From positions 7,789 to 71,788 of the forward strand of contig JABJKH010000091.1 in the NCBI GenBank assembly GCA_018660465.1: 64,000 nucleotides of DNA. The letters are read 5' to 3'. Shown in pieces: positions 18,894-29,416 of this stretch (position 1 is the stretch's first letter; each line of letters begins with the position of its first letter). Under the pieces are notes generated by a model. The model saw only the letters and a program-made list of their open reading frames with translations, ran no database searches and had not been told where the DNA came from. The translations under genes were made by a program, and so were the position numbers. The stretch is from Rhodospirillaceae bacterium. GTDB lineage: Bacteria > Pseudomonadota > Alphaproteobacteria > Rhodospirillales > JABJKH01.

Positions 18894-20063
18894 ATGAATA
18901 CCCAGGACCTTATCGCCAAACTGATTTCATTTGATACCACGTCGGCGCTTTCCAACCTTGAACTCATCGACTTTGTCGCAGACTACCTGGATGGCCACGG
19001 CATCAGCTCCATCCGAGTTTTCAACGAAGAAAAAACCAAAGCCAACTTGATCGCGACCATTGGCCCCGAACTTGAAGGCGGCGTGGTGTTATCAGGCCAC
19101 ACAGATGTCGTACCTGTAACGGGTCAAGCTTGGACCAGCGATCCCTTTGAAATGGTGGAGAAAGACGGGCGGCTGCAAGGTCGGGGCACGTCCGACATGA
19201 AAAGCTTTATCGCCTGTTGTCTGGCCATGGTGCCGGGTCTTGTGCAGCGTAAGCTGGCGGTGCCTGTTCATTTTGCCTTTTCCTATGATGAAGAAGTCGG
19301 CTGTTTGGGCGCTCGCCCGCTATTGGATCGGTTTGTCAAAGACCTACCGCGCCCCCTGATGTGCATCGTCGGCGAGCCTTCAGAGATGAAAGTCGCCAAC
19401 GCGCACCGCGGCATTGCCACGTACTTAACCACCGTAAAAGGCAAGCCCGGACATTCGTCGACACCGAAATTCGGTGTGAATGCGATTAACTATGCAATGG
19501 AATGCGCGGGGTTTCTCACCGACCTTGCGGCTGAATTTCGCGACCGTCCGCCACCGCCGGGTGCAGAAGATTTTGACCCGCCGTTCACGACAATTAATCT
19601 CGGACGAATTGACGGCGGCACGGCGACCAACATCATCGCCGGTCAATGCAGTTTGGCTTGGGATTGCCGCGTCATTCCAGGCGCTGACTCACAAGAAGCA
19701 ATTACCCGATTAAATGCATTTGTGAAAACCGACCTTCTACCCCGCATGCAGGCAGAACCTGCCGGCGAGGGTGTCAGCATTGAGACCGAACTCGATCACG
19801 CGGTAATGCCCCTGGTGCCGATCCCGGGGTCTCCCGCAGAAAGTATTGTATTGGCACTCACCGGTCAAAACCGCTGCACCTCTACCCCCTTCGCGACCGA
19901 AGCGGGAATGTTCCAAGACGTCGGCATCCCCGCCGTCATCTGCGGCCCGGGCAGCGCCGCCCAAGCGCATCAGCCAGACGAGTTTATTGAACGCTCAGAA
20001 GTTGATGCGTGTATGGAATTTTTGAAGAAGCTAGCCGGTTGGGCCGAGCAGCCGACCAGTTAA
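18894..20063 (+). CDS. argE: acetylornithine deacetylase (M20 family)
   Basis: 389 aa. VVLSGHTDVVPV, GRGTSDMKSF, DEEVGCLGA. Confidence 0.8.
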   Translation: MNTQDLIAKLISFDTTSALSNLELIDFVADYLDGHGISSIRVFNEEKTKANLIATIGPELEGGVVLSGHTDVVPVTGQAWTSDPFEMVEKDGRLQGRGTSDMKSFIACCLAMVPGLVQRKLAVPVHFAFSYDEEVGCLGARPLLDRFVKDLPRPLMCIVGEPSEMKVANAHRGIATYLTTVKGKPGHSSTPKFGVNAINYAMECAGFLTDLAAEFRDRPPPPGAEDFDPPFTTINLGRIDGGTATNIIAGQCSLAWDCRVIPGADSQEAITRLNAFVKTDLLPRMQAEPAGEGVSIETELDHAVMPLVPIPGSPAESIVLALTGQNRCTSTPFATEAGMFQDVGIPAVICGPGSAAQAHQPDEFIERSEVDACMEFLKKLAGWAEQPTS

Positions 20064-20084
20064 CATCATCCGTAATAACGTGGC

Positions 20085-20245
20085 GAGAGTGTGCCGCTGA
20101 ACGTCCTTCGAGACGACTGCTTTGCAGTCTCCTCAGGATGAGGGTGTTAAGTAAGTAGTTGAAAATATTTATAATAATAAAACAACCTCATCCTGAGGAG
20201 CGCTCGCTTGAGCGCGTCTCGAAGGACGCTCAGCGGCACACTCTC
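20085..20245. repeat. 161-bp nested palindromic intergenic element (REP/MITE-like), possible bidirectional terminator
   Basis: Outer 31-nt arms 20085-20115 and 20215-20245 are complementary at 30/31 positions. Inner 15-nt arms 20129-20143 and 20186-20200 match 15/15. Each side carries its own small hairpin (gactgc-ttt-gcagtc; gcgctc-gctt-gagcgc). There is a 42-nt AT-rich centre. It lies between the convergent argE and pckG. Confidence 0.85.
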
Positions 20246-20271
20246 ACAGACGAGATCGCAATAACTCCTTG

Positions 20272-22095
20272 CTACTTAACCTGCCAAACTTCCGGCGCGT
20301 CATCCAGTCTAGCGATTAGCGCTTGGCGTTGACTTTCCATGTCAGCAGGGAGGCGGTCACCGAAAGTGTCGAACAGATTTTTCTGATCTTCAGCTTCGGT
20401 CTGAGCCGCGGCGCGATCGACTTCCATCAGCTTGTAGAATTGCTCAGCATCAAAATCCATACCTTGCCAATTGATGTCATCCAGCTCAGGCATCAGACCA
20501 AATGGGCTTTCGACCGCCCCCGCCCGACCGCGAACTCGTTCGACGATCCACTGGAGCACCCGAGTGTTTTCACCAAATCCCGGCCACATGAATTTGCCGT
20601 CTTCGTCCTTGCGGAACCAATTCACCCGAAAGATACCGGGTGCGTCGGAAATTTTCTTGCCCATTGCGAGCCAGTGGCTCCAATAATCGCCCATGTTATA
20701 GCCACAGAACGGCAGCATCGCCATTGGGTCCCGGCGAATGGCCGCCTGACCTTCGGCAGCCGCCGTTGCTTCAGATCCCATGGTCGCCGCCAAATAAACC
20801 CCATGGTTCCAATCAAATGATTCGAACACCAACGGGAAGGTCTTGGAAAGACGACCGCCAAAGATAAAGGCGCTGATCGGTACGCCCGCAGGATCTTCTG
20901 CAGCCGAGTCCAACGTCGGGCAGTTTGCCGCCGGTGCGGTAAAACGGGAATTAGGGTGGGCCGCTGGGCGACCACATCCAGGTGCCCAGTCATTGCCTTG
21001 CCAATCAATCAGATGGGCTGGCTCTTCTTCTGTCATGCCTTCCCACCAAACGTCGCCATCGTCGGTTAACGCGACATTGGTAAAGATGGTATCTGCGTTC
21101 AGCATCTCCATCGCATTAGGATTGGTGTGAATGGATGTGCCAGGTGCCACGCCGAAGTAACCCGCTTCAGGATTAATCGCCCGCAACTGGCCGTTTTCAT
21201 CCGGCTTCACCCACGCGATATCATCACCAACAGTCCAGGCTTTCCAACCATCGAAGCCAGCGGGCGGAATGACCATGGCGAGATTTGTTTTGCCACAAGC
21301 ACTTGGGAATGCCGCCGCGACGTAGGTCTTTTCACCCTCGGGCGATTCAATGCCCAAGATCAGCATGTGCTCCGCCAACCAACCTTCTTCCCGGGCCATG
21401 ATGGAGGCGATCCGAAGCGCGAAGCATTTTTTACCCAATAGCGCATTGCCGCCGTAGCCACTGCCATACGACCAAATCATACGCTCTTTCGGAAACTGCA
21501 CGATGTAGATGTTATCAGGATTGCACGGCCAGACTTCGTCTTCCTGACCATCGGCCAAGGGCGCGCCAACCGAATGCAGACACGGAACGAATGCGTTGTC
21601 GCCCAGAACATCAAGCACTGCCTGCCCCATGCGCGCCATGATCCGCATGTTCACAACCGCATAGGCTGAATCGGTGATCTGTACGCCAATGTGCGCGATG
21701 GGAGAGCCCAGAGGCCCCATGCTAAACGGCACCACGTACATTGTCCTGCCCTGCATGCAGCCGTCATATAGACCCTCTAGGGTCGCACGCATTTCATCAG
21801 GTGCGACCCAATTGTTGGTAGGCCCAGCATCTTCTTCTTTTTCGGCACAGATATAGGTGCGGTGTTCGACCCGAGCGACATCACGGGGATTGGAACGGGC
21901 GAGATAACAGTTGGTGCGCTTTTCCGCGTTTAGCCGGACAAACACGCCTTTGTCCACCAACTCTTGGCACATCCGGTCATATTCTTCTTGTGAGCCATCG
22001 CACCATTGGATATTGGCGGGGCGGCACATGGTTGCGATTTCATCAACCCAAGCCAAAAGTTTTTCGTTTTTAGTTCGATCCGTTCCAGAGGTCAT
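20272..22095 (-). CDS. pckG: phosphoenolpyruvate carboxykinase (GTP)
   Basis: GTP-type PEPCK motifs: [24 protein letters not shown] and [13 protein letters not shown] chose the ATG at 22095; the ORF track opens at a TTG at 22110. Confidence 0.92.
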   Translation of the reverse strand: MTSGTDRTKNEKLLAWVDEIATMCRPANIQWCDGSQEEYDRMCQELVDKGVFVRLNAEKRTNCYLARSNPRDVARVEHRTYICAEKEEDAGPTNNWVAPDEMRATLEGLYDGCMQGRTMYVVPFSMGPLGSPIAHIGVQITDSAYAVVNMRIMARMGQAVLDVLGDNAFVPCLHSVGAPLADGQEDEVWPCNPDNIYIVQFPKERMIWSYGSGYGGNALLGKKCFALRIASIMAREEGWLAEHMLILGIESPEGEKTYVAAAFPSACGKTNLAMVIPPAGFDGWKAWTVGDDIAWVKPDENGQLRAINPEAGYFGVAPGTSIHTNPNAMEMLNADTIFTNVALTDDGDVWWEGMTEEEPAHLIDWQGNDWAPGCGRPAAHPNSRFTAPAANCPTLDSAAEDPAGVPISAFIFGGRLSKTFPLVFESFDWNHGVYLAATMGSEATAAAEGQAAIRRDPMAMLPFCGYNMGDYWSHWLAMGKKISDAPGIFRVNWFRKDEDGKFMWPGFGENTRVLQWIVERVRGRAGAVESPFGLMPELDDINWQGMDFDAEQFYKLMEVDRAAAQTEAEDQKNLFDTFGDRLPADMESQRQALIARLDDAPEVWQVK

Positions 22096-22309
22096 TTCCG
22101 ATAATCCCAATTAAAATTCTAAAAATAGATGCCGACGCCGCCCGGTCGCAGCGCACGCAATAATTCTTCGGTTCATGAAGGTCGTGTTAGTAGGTGCCTT
22201 CCAAAGCCCACCCAACAATAAATCACATGGAAAGTATTCATCTAGGAATTCGGGCTTGTCAACACAAGCCGTCGTTCCCCAGCAAATTATTTTTGAACAA
22301 CCAAATGCC

Positions 22310-23713
22310 CTATTTTTGAACAACCAAAAGTCTGGCTATTTCTCCAGCATCTTTTAGATCATCCAGACCCAAAATAGCATCGCGTAACTGATGCGCTTGT
22401 GCATCTGGAATCGCGTGCTGGGCCAGTTTTTCAAATTTTTCAACGACTTGTTCCGTGGTGGCAAATCTCTTTTCGCTGCCACGCGCCGATTCGACAGTTT
22501 CTTCCAGCACAGTTCCGTCCTTCAAGTGGACTTGGGCACGCACGGTATGGCGAAATTTCGACCCTTTTGCGGTAATTTCAGCATCGTGGTGGACTTCGAC
22601 CTTATCGGCGTAGGCGATTCGAGCCGGGTCGGCGACACAATCTTCAGGGAACTGCTCAACGAAGCAATCGCCTTCAAGCATGAAAGTTGCAATACAGAAC
22701 GGTAGGTTCAATTGTGCCGAGGTTAGTCCTTGGGGCTTATACTTCCAGCCCACGTGGTCCATGGTGACTTGCGATCCATGAATGACAAACTTTTCAACAT
22801 CGTCAGCGCCAAACGGATGGCGGTCCTGCATCAAGCGGATGGCGTCTAACGTCGTATGGTTTGAACCAACACAGGAATAAAATTTTAGTGCGACGCCCAT
22901 GGTCTCAAATCGCTCGCCTAATTCGCGGGTGAGTTCATCGAGATTGAATCGATCCGTGGAACGCGAAAACGTGGTGCAGAACCCGCCGTATTCAGATTCC
23001 AAAACGTTTTCAATGCCGGTAAAGCCTTTTTCGGCCAGCAATGCGCCGTAAAGCCCGCTTTGAGACGACCGCCCAGCATGCATGCGTTTGACCATGGCAC
23101 CATACTGCGCCGCCATCAAGCCTGCGGCCTGGGTACCGCCGATGCCTAAAGCATGAACAGTTTTATCTGCGTCCAGACCTAACCCTCGCGCCGCGCCTGC
23201 AGACGCAGAGAATACCCCCAGCGTCGCGCCTGAATGCCACCCCTGACCAATGTGTTCTTGTCCCATGCAGATGCCGACCCGGGGGCCTATTTCATAGCCC
23301 GCGACAGCCGCCGTCAGAAATTCCTTCCCCGTCATGCCGGGCCGAAGTTCGGTAACCGCAATCAACGCCGGCAACACAACGGCACCGACATGAAGCACGC
23401 CTTGGCGGTGAACATCGTCCAATTCAAAGCCCTGAACCTCGGTCCCATTCACCAGTGCCGCATGAGGTGCCGACAACCGAATGTCAGTTCCCCAAATGCC
23501 AACGTCCTTGGACGCATCGATCTCTGTCAAAGTTTCCAGCAAAATTTCCGTCCACTGCACCTTCGCGCCATACAGGGCACAGCCGAGCGAATCTAAAATC
23601 AGCAGCTTTATACGGTCTTTGACCTCAGCCGGAATATCGTCGTAACCAAGACTTGCAACAAATTCTGCGAGGCCTCGGGTGTAGGGATTACCTTGATCGG
23701 TGTGACCGCTCAT
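22310..23713 (-). CDS. MmgE/PrpD family protein
   Basis: 467 aa. PrpD-family layout (LILDSLGCALYG ... GFELDD ... WHSGATLGVFSASAGAARGL). Confidence 0.85.
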   Translation of the reverse strand: MSGHTDQGNPYTRGLAEFVASLGYDDIPAEVKDRIKLLILDSLGCALYGAKVQWTEILLETLTEIDASKDVGIWGTDIRLSAPHAALVNGTEVQGFELDDVHRQGVLHVGAVVLPALIAVTELRPGMTGKEFLTAAVAGYEIGPRVGICMGQEHIGQGWHSGATLGVFSASAGAARGLGLDADKTVHALGIGGTQAAGLMAAQYGAMVKRMHAGRSSQSGLYGALLAEKGFTGIENVLESEYGGFCTTFSRSTDRFNLDELTRELGERFETMGVALKFYSCVGSNHTTLDAIRLMQDRHPFGADDVEKFVIHGSQVTMDHVGWKYKPQGLTSAQLNLPFCIATFMLEGDCFVEQFPEDCVADPARIAYADKVEVHHDAEITAKGSKFRHTVRAQVHLKDGTVLEETVESARGSEKRFATTEQVVEKFEKLAQHAIPDAQAHQLRDAILGLDDLKDAGEIARLLVVQK

Positions 23714-23808
23714 AGAAAGCTCCTTGCATGTTCTTTTCGTCTATCAGAGACTTTTGTATACTCTGCCATCGCCGCTCCTGAAAAGGGCATATCCAGTGGG
23801 AGACCGTT

Positions 23809-25206
23809 ATGGGAATCGCCAAAGAACTCGCCAGCCGAATTGTTTCATTTAAATTCAGCGATATTGATGATGATGCGCTCCAGTGGGCGAAGTGGGGTAT
23901 TCTCGATACGGTCGGCGTTACCCTCGCCGGATTTAGTGAAGGCTGTACTCAGATTATTGAACAGATGCACGCGGCGGATGGGACGCCTGAGGGCGGTCCG
24001 GCCTTGCTTTTTGGCAGCGGAAAGCGGGCGTCTGTCCTTAACGCGGCGGAGATCAACGGCGTTGCGTCTCACGCGCTGGATTTTGACGATTGCAACAACA
24101 CCCTGGGCGGTCATCCCTCCGCCCCGATTTTGCCGGGTCTGATCGCCCTTGCCGAAGCCCGCAAGGCGTCTGGAAAAGACGTCATCGCGGCTTACTTGAT
24201 CGGGTTTGAGACCGAAACCGCCATCGCCCGGGTCGTTCATTTTCATCATTACGAAAAAGGCTGGCATCCGACAGCAACCCTCGGCACCTTCGGTGCGGCA
24301 GCGGCGGCCTGCCATTTGATGGGGTTGGATGAGGAAAAAACAGCGGTCGCGCTGGGGCTCGCGGTTTCGCTGGCGGCTGGCGTTAAAGCCAACTTCGGCA
24401 CCATGACCAAACCTTTGCATGTTGGCGAAACCACCCGCAATGGACTGGCGGCGGCGTTGCTGGCCGAACAAGGATTTACCGCCAACCCTGGTGCGTTCGA
24501 GCATTCCCAAGGGTTTCTGGAACTGTTCAACGGCGAGGGAAATTACGATACGTCGCGCCTGCTGGAAGGCTGGGCCGATCCGTTCGACATTGTTAGTCCA
24601 GGCCTTGCGATTAAGAAATACCCCTGCTGTGGCAGCACTCATTCCGCGATTGATGCGATGTTGGCGCTCCGGGAAAAGCATGGCCTCAACGGCGACAATG
24701 TAACGGAAATAATCTCGCACACCCATCCCCGTCGCTTGAAACATACCAACAGGCCTAATCCTCAAACATCCTTGGACGCCAAGTTCAGTGTCCAATACAC
24801 CATGGCCCGTGCGCTCGTGGATGGCCGGGTGATTGTTGATAATTTTGAAGGCGATGCTATCAACGACAAACACATTCGCGACGTCATGACCCGGATCACG
24901 GCGAACTCCCGCCCCCACACGGAACCTGATGAACATTTCTTTGCCGAAGTCTCAGTCACCACGAAAAGCGGCGAGACCTTTACTCAGTGGATTCAACAGC
25001 CGCAAGGACGGGGACCGAAATATCCTCTGCCCGATGGCGCTTTGAAGGCAAAATTTGAAGGCTGCGCCGAACGTGTCCTAACGGCGGTTGGTGTTGAGCA
25101 ATTGCATGCCTGCATCGAAGGCCTGGAGACCGCCGACGATATCAACACCATGACAGCCCTTATTGAGAAAAACCGAATAGACACACCTCATCAACGCGTA
25201 GCTTAA
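23809..25206 (+). CDS. MmgE/PrpD family protein
   Basis: 465 aa. GILDTVGVTLAG ... ALDFDD ... WHPTATLGTFGAAAAACHLMGL. It is divergent from the other PrpD paralogue. Confidence 0.85.
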   Translation: MGIAKELASRIVSFKFSDIDDDALQWAKWGILDTVGVTLAGFSEGCTQIIEQMHAADGTPEGGPALLFGSGKRASVLNAAEINGVASHALDFDDCNNTLGGHPSAPILPGLIALAEARKASGKDVIAAYLIGFETETAIARVVHFHHYEKGWHPTATLGTFGAAAAACHLMGLDEEKTAVALGLAVSLAAGVKANFGTMTKPLHVGETTRNGLAAALLAEQGFTANPGAFEHSQGFLELFNGEGNYDTSRLLEGWADPFDIVSPGLAIKKYPCCGSTHSAIDAMLALREKHGLNGDNVTEIISHTHPRRLKHTNRPNPQTSLDAKFSVQYTMARALVDGRVIVDNFEGDAINDKHIRDVMTRITANSRPHTEPDEHFFAEVSVTTKSGETFTQWIQQPQGRGPKYPLPDGALKAKFEGCAERVLTAVGVEQLHACIEGLETADDINTMTALIEKNRIDTPHQRVA

Positions 25207-25228
25207 AATTCCGAAAGACGAAAAGACT

Positions 25229-26728
25229 ATGAGCGAAACAACCAAAGCCGATGTCCTTGTTATTGGCGCGGGCAATGCAGCCCTTTGCGCCGCCATCTCT
25301 GCTTCTGAAAATGGAGCCAAAGTCCTGATGCTGGAATCCGCGCCCAAAGAAGAACGCGGCGGAAATTCATTCTTTACTGGCGGCGCCTTCCGTTTCGCCC
25401 ACAACGGCATGGAGGATATTCTAAAAATCTTCCCTGACATTTCCGAAGAGGAACGCGAAAATATCGACTTTGGCACCTACACCAAAGAACAATACTTCGA
25501 CGATATGTTTAACCTGACCGAGTATCGAACAGATCCTGATCTGGTGGAGCTTTTGGTGAATAACAGTTTCGAAACCGCCCAATGGGTCCATAGCCAAGGG
25601 GTGCGAATGCTGCCGGGCTTGGGACGCCAAGCTTACAAAGTCGATGGCAAATTTAAATTCTGGGGCGGGTTGGCCTTGCACATAACCGGCGGCGGGCCGG
25701 AAATGATGGCAGCCCTTTATGCCAAGGCTGAGGAACACGGCGTCAAAATCCACTATCAAACACCTGCCATCGATTTAATCATCGACGACGATGGCATCAA
25801 AGGCGTTATCGCCCGGCCTGAAGGCAAGACGGTTGAGTACCATGCAAGCGCCGTGATCCTGGCGTGTGGTAGTTTTGAATCCAACGCCGAAATGCGCGCG
25901 CGGTACTTAGGGCCGGGATGGGATTTGGCCAAAGTCCGCGGCACCAAGTTCAACACAGGCAAAGGCATTGAGATGGCGCTGAAAGCCGGGGCCATGCCAT
26001 ATGGGCATTTCTCTGGTGCCCATTCGGTTGCCTGGGACGTGAATGCGCCTGCGTTCGGTGACCTGACCATTGGTGATCAATTCCAGAAGCACAATTACCC
26101 CTACGGCATGATCGTGAATGCGCGGGGGGAACGCTACGTTGATGAGGGGGCAAACTTTCACAGCCACACCTATGCCAAGTACGGTGGTGAAATCCTTAAG
26201 CAACCGGGCCTGTTTGCCTGGCAGATTTTTGATCAGAAGACCCTCCACCTGCTTAGATCTGAATATCGTATTCGTCGCTGCACCAAGGTCGTTGCCGACA
26301 CCATTGAGGAACTGGCGGAAAAAATGGACGGCGTGGATGCTGCGCGCTGTGTAAAAACCATCAAGGAATTCAACGCCGCGTGTCGCACGGATATTCCGTT
26401 CAATCCCAATGTACTGGATGGGCGCTGCACTGAAGGCTTGGCCATCGATAAAACCAACTGGGCCAACCCGCTCGACGAAGGACCGTTTGAGGCTTTCCAC
26501 GTCACCACCGGTGTCACCTTCACCTTCGGCGGCGTCAAAGTGAATACGGAGACCGAAGTTCAAGACACGGCGGAACATTCAATACCCGGACTTTATGCCT
26601 GCGGTGAAATGGTCGGCGGGTTGTTTTATCACAACTATGCCAGTGGTACGGGCCTGATGTCCGGTGCATCGTTCGGTCGTATTGCCGGGCGTGAAGCGGC
26701 GAAACGTGTGGGTGCATCCGCTCCGTGA
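25229..26728 (+). CDS. FAD-dependent tricarballylate dehydrogenase TcuA-like oxidoreductase
   Basis: 499 aa. DVLVIGAGNAALCAAISASENGAKVLMLESAPKEERGGNS matches the TcuA-type N-terminus as I recall it. Fumarate-reductase-like C-terminus (GLYACGEMVGG). Confidence 0.75.
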   Translation: MSETTKADVLVIGAGNAALCAAISASENGAKVLMLESAPKEERGGNSFFTGGAFRFAHNGMEDILKIFPDISEEERENIDFGTYTKEQYFDDMFNLTEYRTDPDLVELLVNNSFETAQWVHSQGVRMLPGLGRQAYKVDGKFKFWGGLALHITGGGPEMMAALYAKAEEHGVKIHYQTPAIDLIIDDDGIKGVIARPEGKTVEYHASAVILACGSFESNAEMRARYLGPGWDLAKVRGTKFNTGKGIEMALKAGAMPYGHFSGAHSVAWDVNAPAFGDLTIGDQFQKHNYPYGMIVNARGERYVDEGANFHSHTYAKYGGEILKQPGLFAWQIFDQKTLHLLRSEYRIRRCTKVVADTIEELAEKMDGVDAARCVKTIKEFNAACRTDIPFNPNVLDGRCTEGLAIDKTNWANPLDEGPFEAFHVTTGVTFTFGGVKVNTETEVQDTAEHSIPGLYACGEMVGGLFYHNYASGTGLMSGASFGRIAGREAAKRVGASAP

Positions 26729-27798
26729 CCCTGATTCTCAACAACGCTGAGATTGAGGGCCTCCTGGAAATGGGAGAATGCATCTCGGTGTTAGAGGATG
26801 CATATCAAGAATTAGACGCTGGACGCGGTATCAATCGCCAGCGCACTGATAGTCTGGCTCCAATCGGTGATAGTGACGCTGTCTATAGTCTGAAGACCAT
26901 GGATGGGGTTATTCCTAAATTAGGGGTCAGCGCCGTCCGTATTAATTCCGATGTCGTGACTTGGCCGGAGGTCGAAGGCAAACGCCGCCGGGTCAAAGTA
27001 CCTGCTGCCCCAGGTGAGCGCTACGTTGGATTGGTGCTATTATTCAGCAGCATAACTGGTGAACCCTTGGCCATATTCCCGGACGGTGTGGTCCAGCGCC
27101 TGCGAGTTGCCGCAGCGAATGGAATTGGCGCAAAGTACTTGGCTCGCGAAAATACCCACACGGTCGGCTTGTTGGGATCAGGCTGGCAGGCGGGCAGTCA
27201 GGTCATGGCCATCGCCGCGGTTCGGGACGTTAAAAAGGTTCTTTGCTTTAGCCCCAATCAAGACCGCCGCAAAGCCTTCTGCCGGGAAATGTCGGAAAAC
27301 CTTGAAATAGAATTTGTGCCGGTTGCCCGCGCCAAAGATGCGATACAAAACGCCGACGCCGTTGTCTGCGCCACCAGTAGCATCAATCATATCCTGTCCC
27401 AAGACGATGTGCAGCCCGGGCAATTCATCAGTTCCATCAAGTTGGCGGAAATTGCGCCAGCGGCTCTTTCTGCCATGAACAAGGTCGTTATTCACTTGGA
27501 TGCGCCTTCCTCTACACGGCTTACGACAGAAGGGCTTGAAGTTGTCGAAGTCACCCAGGGTGAAGGCGACGGAGTAGGCCAATCTTTTGATCTGAGCACC
27601 TGCCCCACGGCATTTGATTTGTTGGCAGGACGTGCCCAGGGAAGAACATCAGAAACCGAGACCACTTGCTTTCTCAATAATGTCGGATTGGGCTATCAGT
27701 TCGCAGCCATCGGTGCGTTGCTGGTGGAAAAAGCCCGCGAACGAGGTGTCGGGAATGAGGTCCCAACCGACTGGTTTACAGAAAAGGAGCATCCGTGA
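26725..27798 (+). CDS. ornithine cyclodeaminase / mu-crystallin family protein
   Basis: 357 aa. VGLLGSGWQAGSQVMAIAAVRDVKKV Rossmann segment. The GTG start overlaps the upstream stop (GTGA). Confidence 0.8.
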   Translation: MTLILNNAEIEGLLEMGECISVLEDAYQELDAGRGINRQRTDSLAPIGDSDAVYSLKTMDGVIPKLGVSAVRINSDVVTWPEVEGKRRRVKVPAAPGERYVGLVLLFSSITGEPLAIFPDGVVQRLRVAAANGIGAKYLARENTHTVGLLGSGWQAGSQVMAIAAVRDVKKVLCFSPNQDRRKAFCREMSENLEIEFVPVARAKDAIQNADAVVCATSSINHILSQDDVQPGQFISSIKLAEIAPAALSAMNKVVIHLDAPSSTRLTTEGLEVVEVTQGEGDGVGQSFDLSTCPTAFDLLAGRAQGRTSETETTCFLNNVGLGYQFAAIGALLVEKARERGVGNEVPTDWFTEKEHP

Positions 27799-28583
27799 GC
27801 CGGAAAGATCACCGCAAAAAGGGAGACGATGTACGGGCACAACTGAATATCCTACCGCCTGTTGACTTAGCCCTTGGCTTTGAGGACTTAGTGACTGACA
27901 CGGTTTACGGAGGAATTTGGGCCCGACCCGGATTGGCCTTGGCTGATCGGATGATCTGCACCCTAGCGGCACTTACGCTTTTGCAACGCCTGCCCCAACT
28001 CCGCCGGTATATCTGCACAGCGTTGGATATGGAGATGACACCCCACTCCATTGCTGAGGTCATGGTCCAATGCGGGCTCTACGGTGGTTATCCTGTTGCC
28101 GAAACGGCGCTACGGACACTGCACGAAGTCTTTGCCGAACGTCGAATTATCATAGAAGACGAACCCAGCGACGATACCCCGCTGGAAGAATTGGAAATTC
28201 TCGGCCAAGCCCTGATGGAGGAACTACACGGCACCCAAGCTGCGGTCGGATACGCCGATCCCGATAACGCGTTTACCGGCGACCTGTATCGACTAGCCGT
28301 ACAATTTGGATATGGCGTTATCTGGCGACGTCCCGGATTGGATATGCGCCAGCGAATGCTGTGTTCTTTAGCATCCTTTTCTGTGCTTGGATTGGAAGGC
28401 ACTTTTAGGAAGTTTGCTGCTTCCGCCGCCAACGTCGGTCTTGAGGTGCCGGAAATTATCGAGGCCGTGATGCAGACGGCCCCCTATGCAGGCTTCCCAA
28501 GAGCCCTCCAAATGTTGACAATACTCGGCGAGGTATATCGCCATGGCAAAACGCGCAAAACCGAAGCAACCGAGCGAAATTGA
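27795..28583 (+). CDS. carboxymuconolactone decarboxylase family protein (two CMD repeats)
   Basis: 262 aa. Two copies of the pattern GxIWxRPGLxxxxRMxCxLA (GGIWARPGLALADRMICTLA; GVIWRRPGLDMRQRMLCSLA). GTGA start/stop overlap with the OCD-family gene. Confidence 0.75.
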   Translation: MSRKDHRKKGDDVRAQLNILPPVDLALGFEDLVTDTVYGGIWARPGLALADRMICTLAALTLLQRLPQLRRYICTALDMEMTPHSIAEVMVQCGLYGGYPVAETALRTLHEVFAERRIIIEDEPSDDTPLEELEILGQALMEELHGTQAAVGYADPDNAFTGDLYRLAVQFGYGVIWRRPGLDMRQRMLCSLASFSVLGLEGTFRKFAASAANVGLEVPEIIEAVMQTAPYAGFPRALQMLTILGEVYRHGKTRKTEATERN

Positions 28584-29370
28584 AATTACGGTCGAGGGCC
28601 TGCACAAGGCGTTTGACGGCCATACGGTCTTGCGCGGGGTCAGCCTAGAAATTCACCAAGGTGATGTGATCGCCATCGTCGGCGGGTCGGGCTGCGGCAA
28701 GACGGTTTTGATCAACCATATTTTGGGCCAATTGAACCCGGACAAGGGTCACATTCAAGTCACCGACCATATGGCAGAGGCACCGGAGCTCATCGATCTT
28801 TCTGCGCTGGACAGCAATGAACTTGATCGCATCCACACCCAATGGGGCGTCGTCTTCCAACGCAACGCGCTGTTTTCAGGGACTGTTTTCGATAATATTG
28901 CGCTATGGTTGCGGGAGGTTCGAAACCTCAATACGTCGGAAATCCTGCCGATTGCACGTCGGGTTTTGAAGGCGGTTCTTCTTCCCAATACAGCAGATTT
29001 TATGGAAACTGATATTGTCAGCCTTTCGGGCGGCATGTCTAAACGCCTGGCCGTTGCGCGTGCGCTCTCTATGGAACCGGTCGTCATGTTTTTCGACGAA
29101 CCAACAACTGGCCTCGACCCCACCAGCGCCACGCAAATTCACGACCTAATCCTCAAGACCCACGAAATTCCTTTGCCCGATGGTAAACAACGCACCACCG
29201 TCATTATCACCCACGACAAAGACCTGCTAAAACGCCTGCAACCGCGCATCGTCATGCTGCACAACGGCAAGGTATTTTTTGACGGCCTGTTCATAGATTT
29301 CGAAGCATCAAAAGAAGCCATCATCCGACCGTACTTTGATCTGATGCCGGTGCTGCAGGGACGGGCGTAG
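28543..29370 (+). CDS. ABC transporter ATP-binding protein (MlaF/Ttg2A-like), no cognate permease nearby
   Basis: 275 aa. Walker A GGSGCGKT, signature LSGGMSKRLAVARAL, Walker B VMFFDEPTTGLD. It overlaps the CMD gene by 41 nt. Confidence 0.85.
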   Translation: MAKRAKPKQPSEIEITVEGLHKAFDGHTVLRGVSLEIHQGDVIAIVGGSGCGKTVLINHILGQLNPDKGHIQVTDHMAEAPELIDLSALDSNELDRIHTQWGVVFQRNALFSGTVFDNIALWLREVRNLNTSEILPIARRVLKAVLLPNTADFMETDIVSLSGGMSKRLAVARALSMEPVVMFFDEPTTGLDPTSATQIHDLILKTHEIPLPDGKQRTTVIITHDKDLLKRLQPRIVMLHNGKVFFDGLFIDFEASKEAIIRPYFDLMPVLQGRA

Positions 29371-29416
29371 GAGAGCAGCCAAATTCTTTATTAATTGCAC
29401 AAGAAGGAGGTTCCAA

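Noticed and set aside
23845-24936. 363-aa minus-strand ORF inside the second PrpD-family gene
   Set aside because: It is Arg/Gly/Ala-rich with a low-complexity translation. The plus-strand frame carries clear PrpD-family motifs. This is a typical antisense open frame in GC-rich coding DNA.
25907-26578. 223-aa minus-strand ORF inside the TcuA-like gene
   Set aside because: Antisense shadow with no recognisable motifs. The plus frame has FAD-binding signatures.
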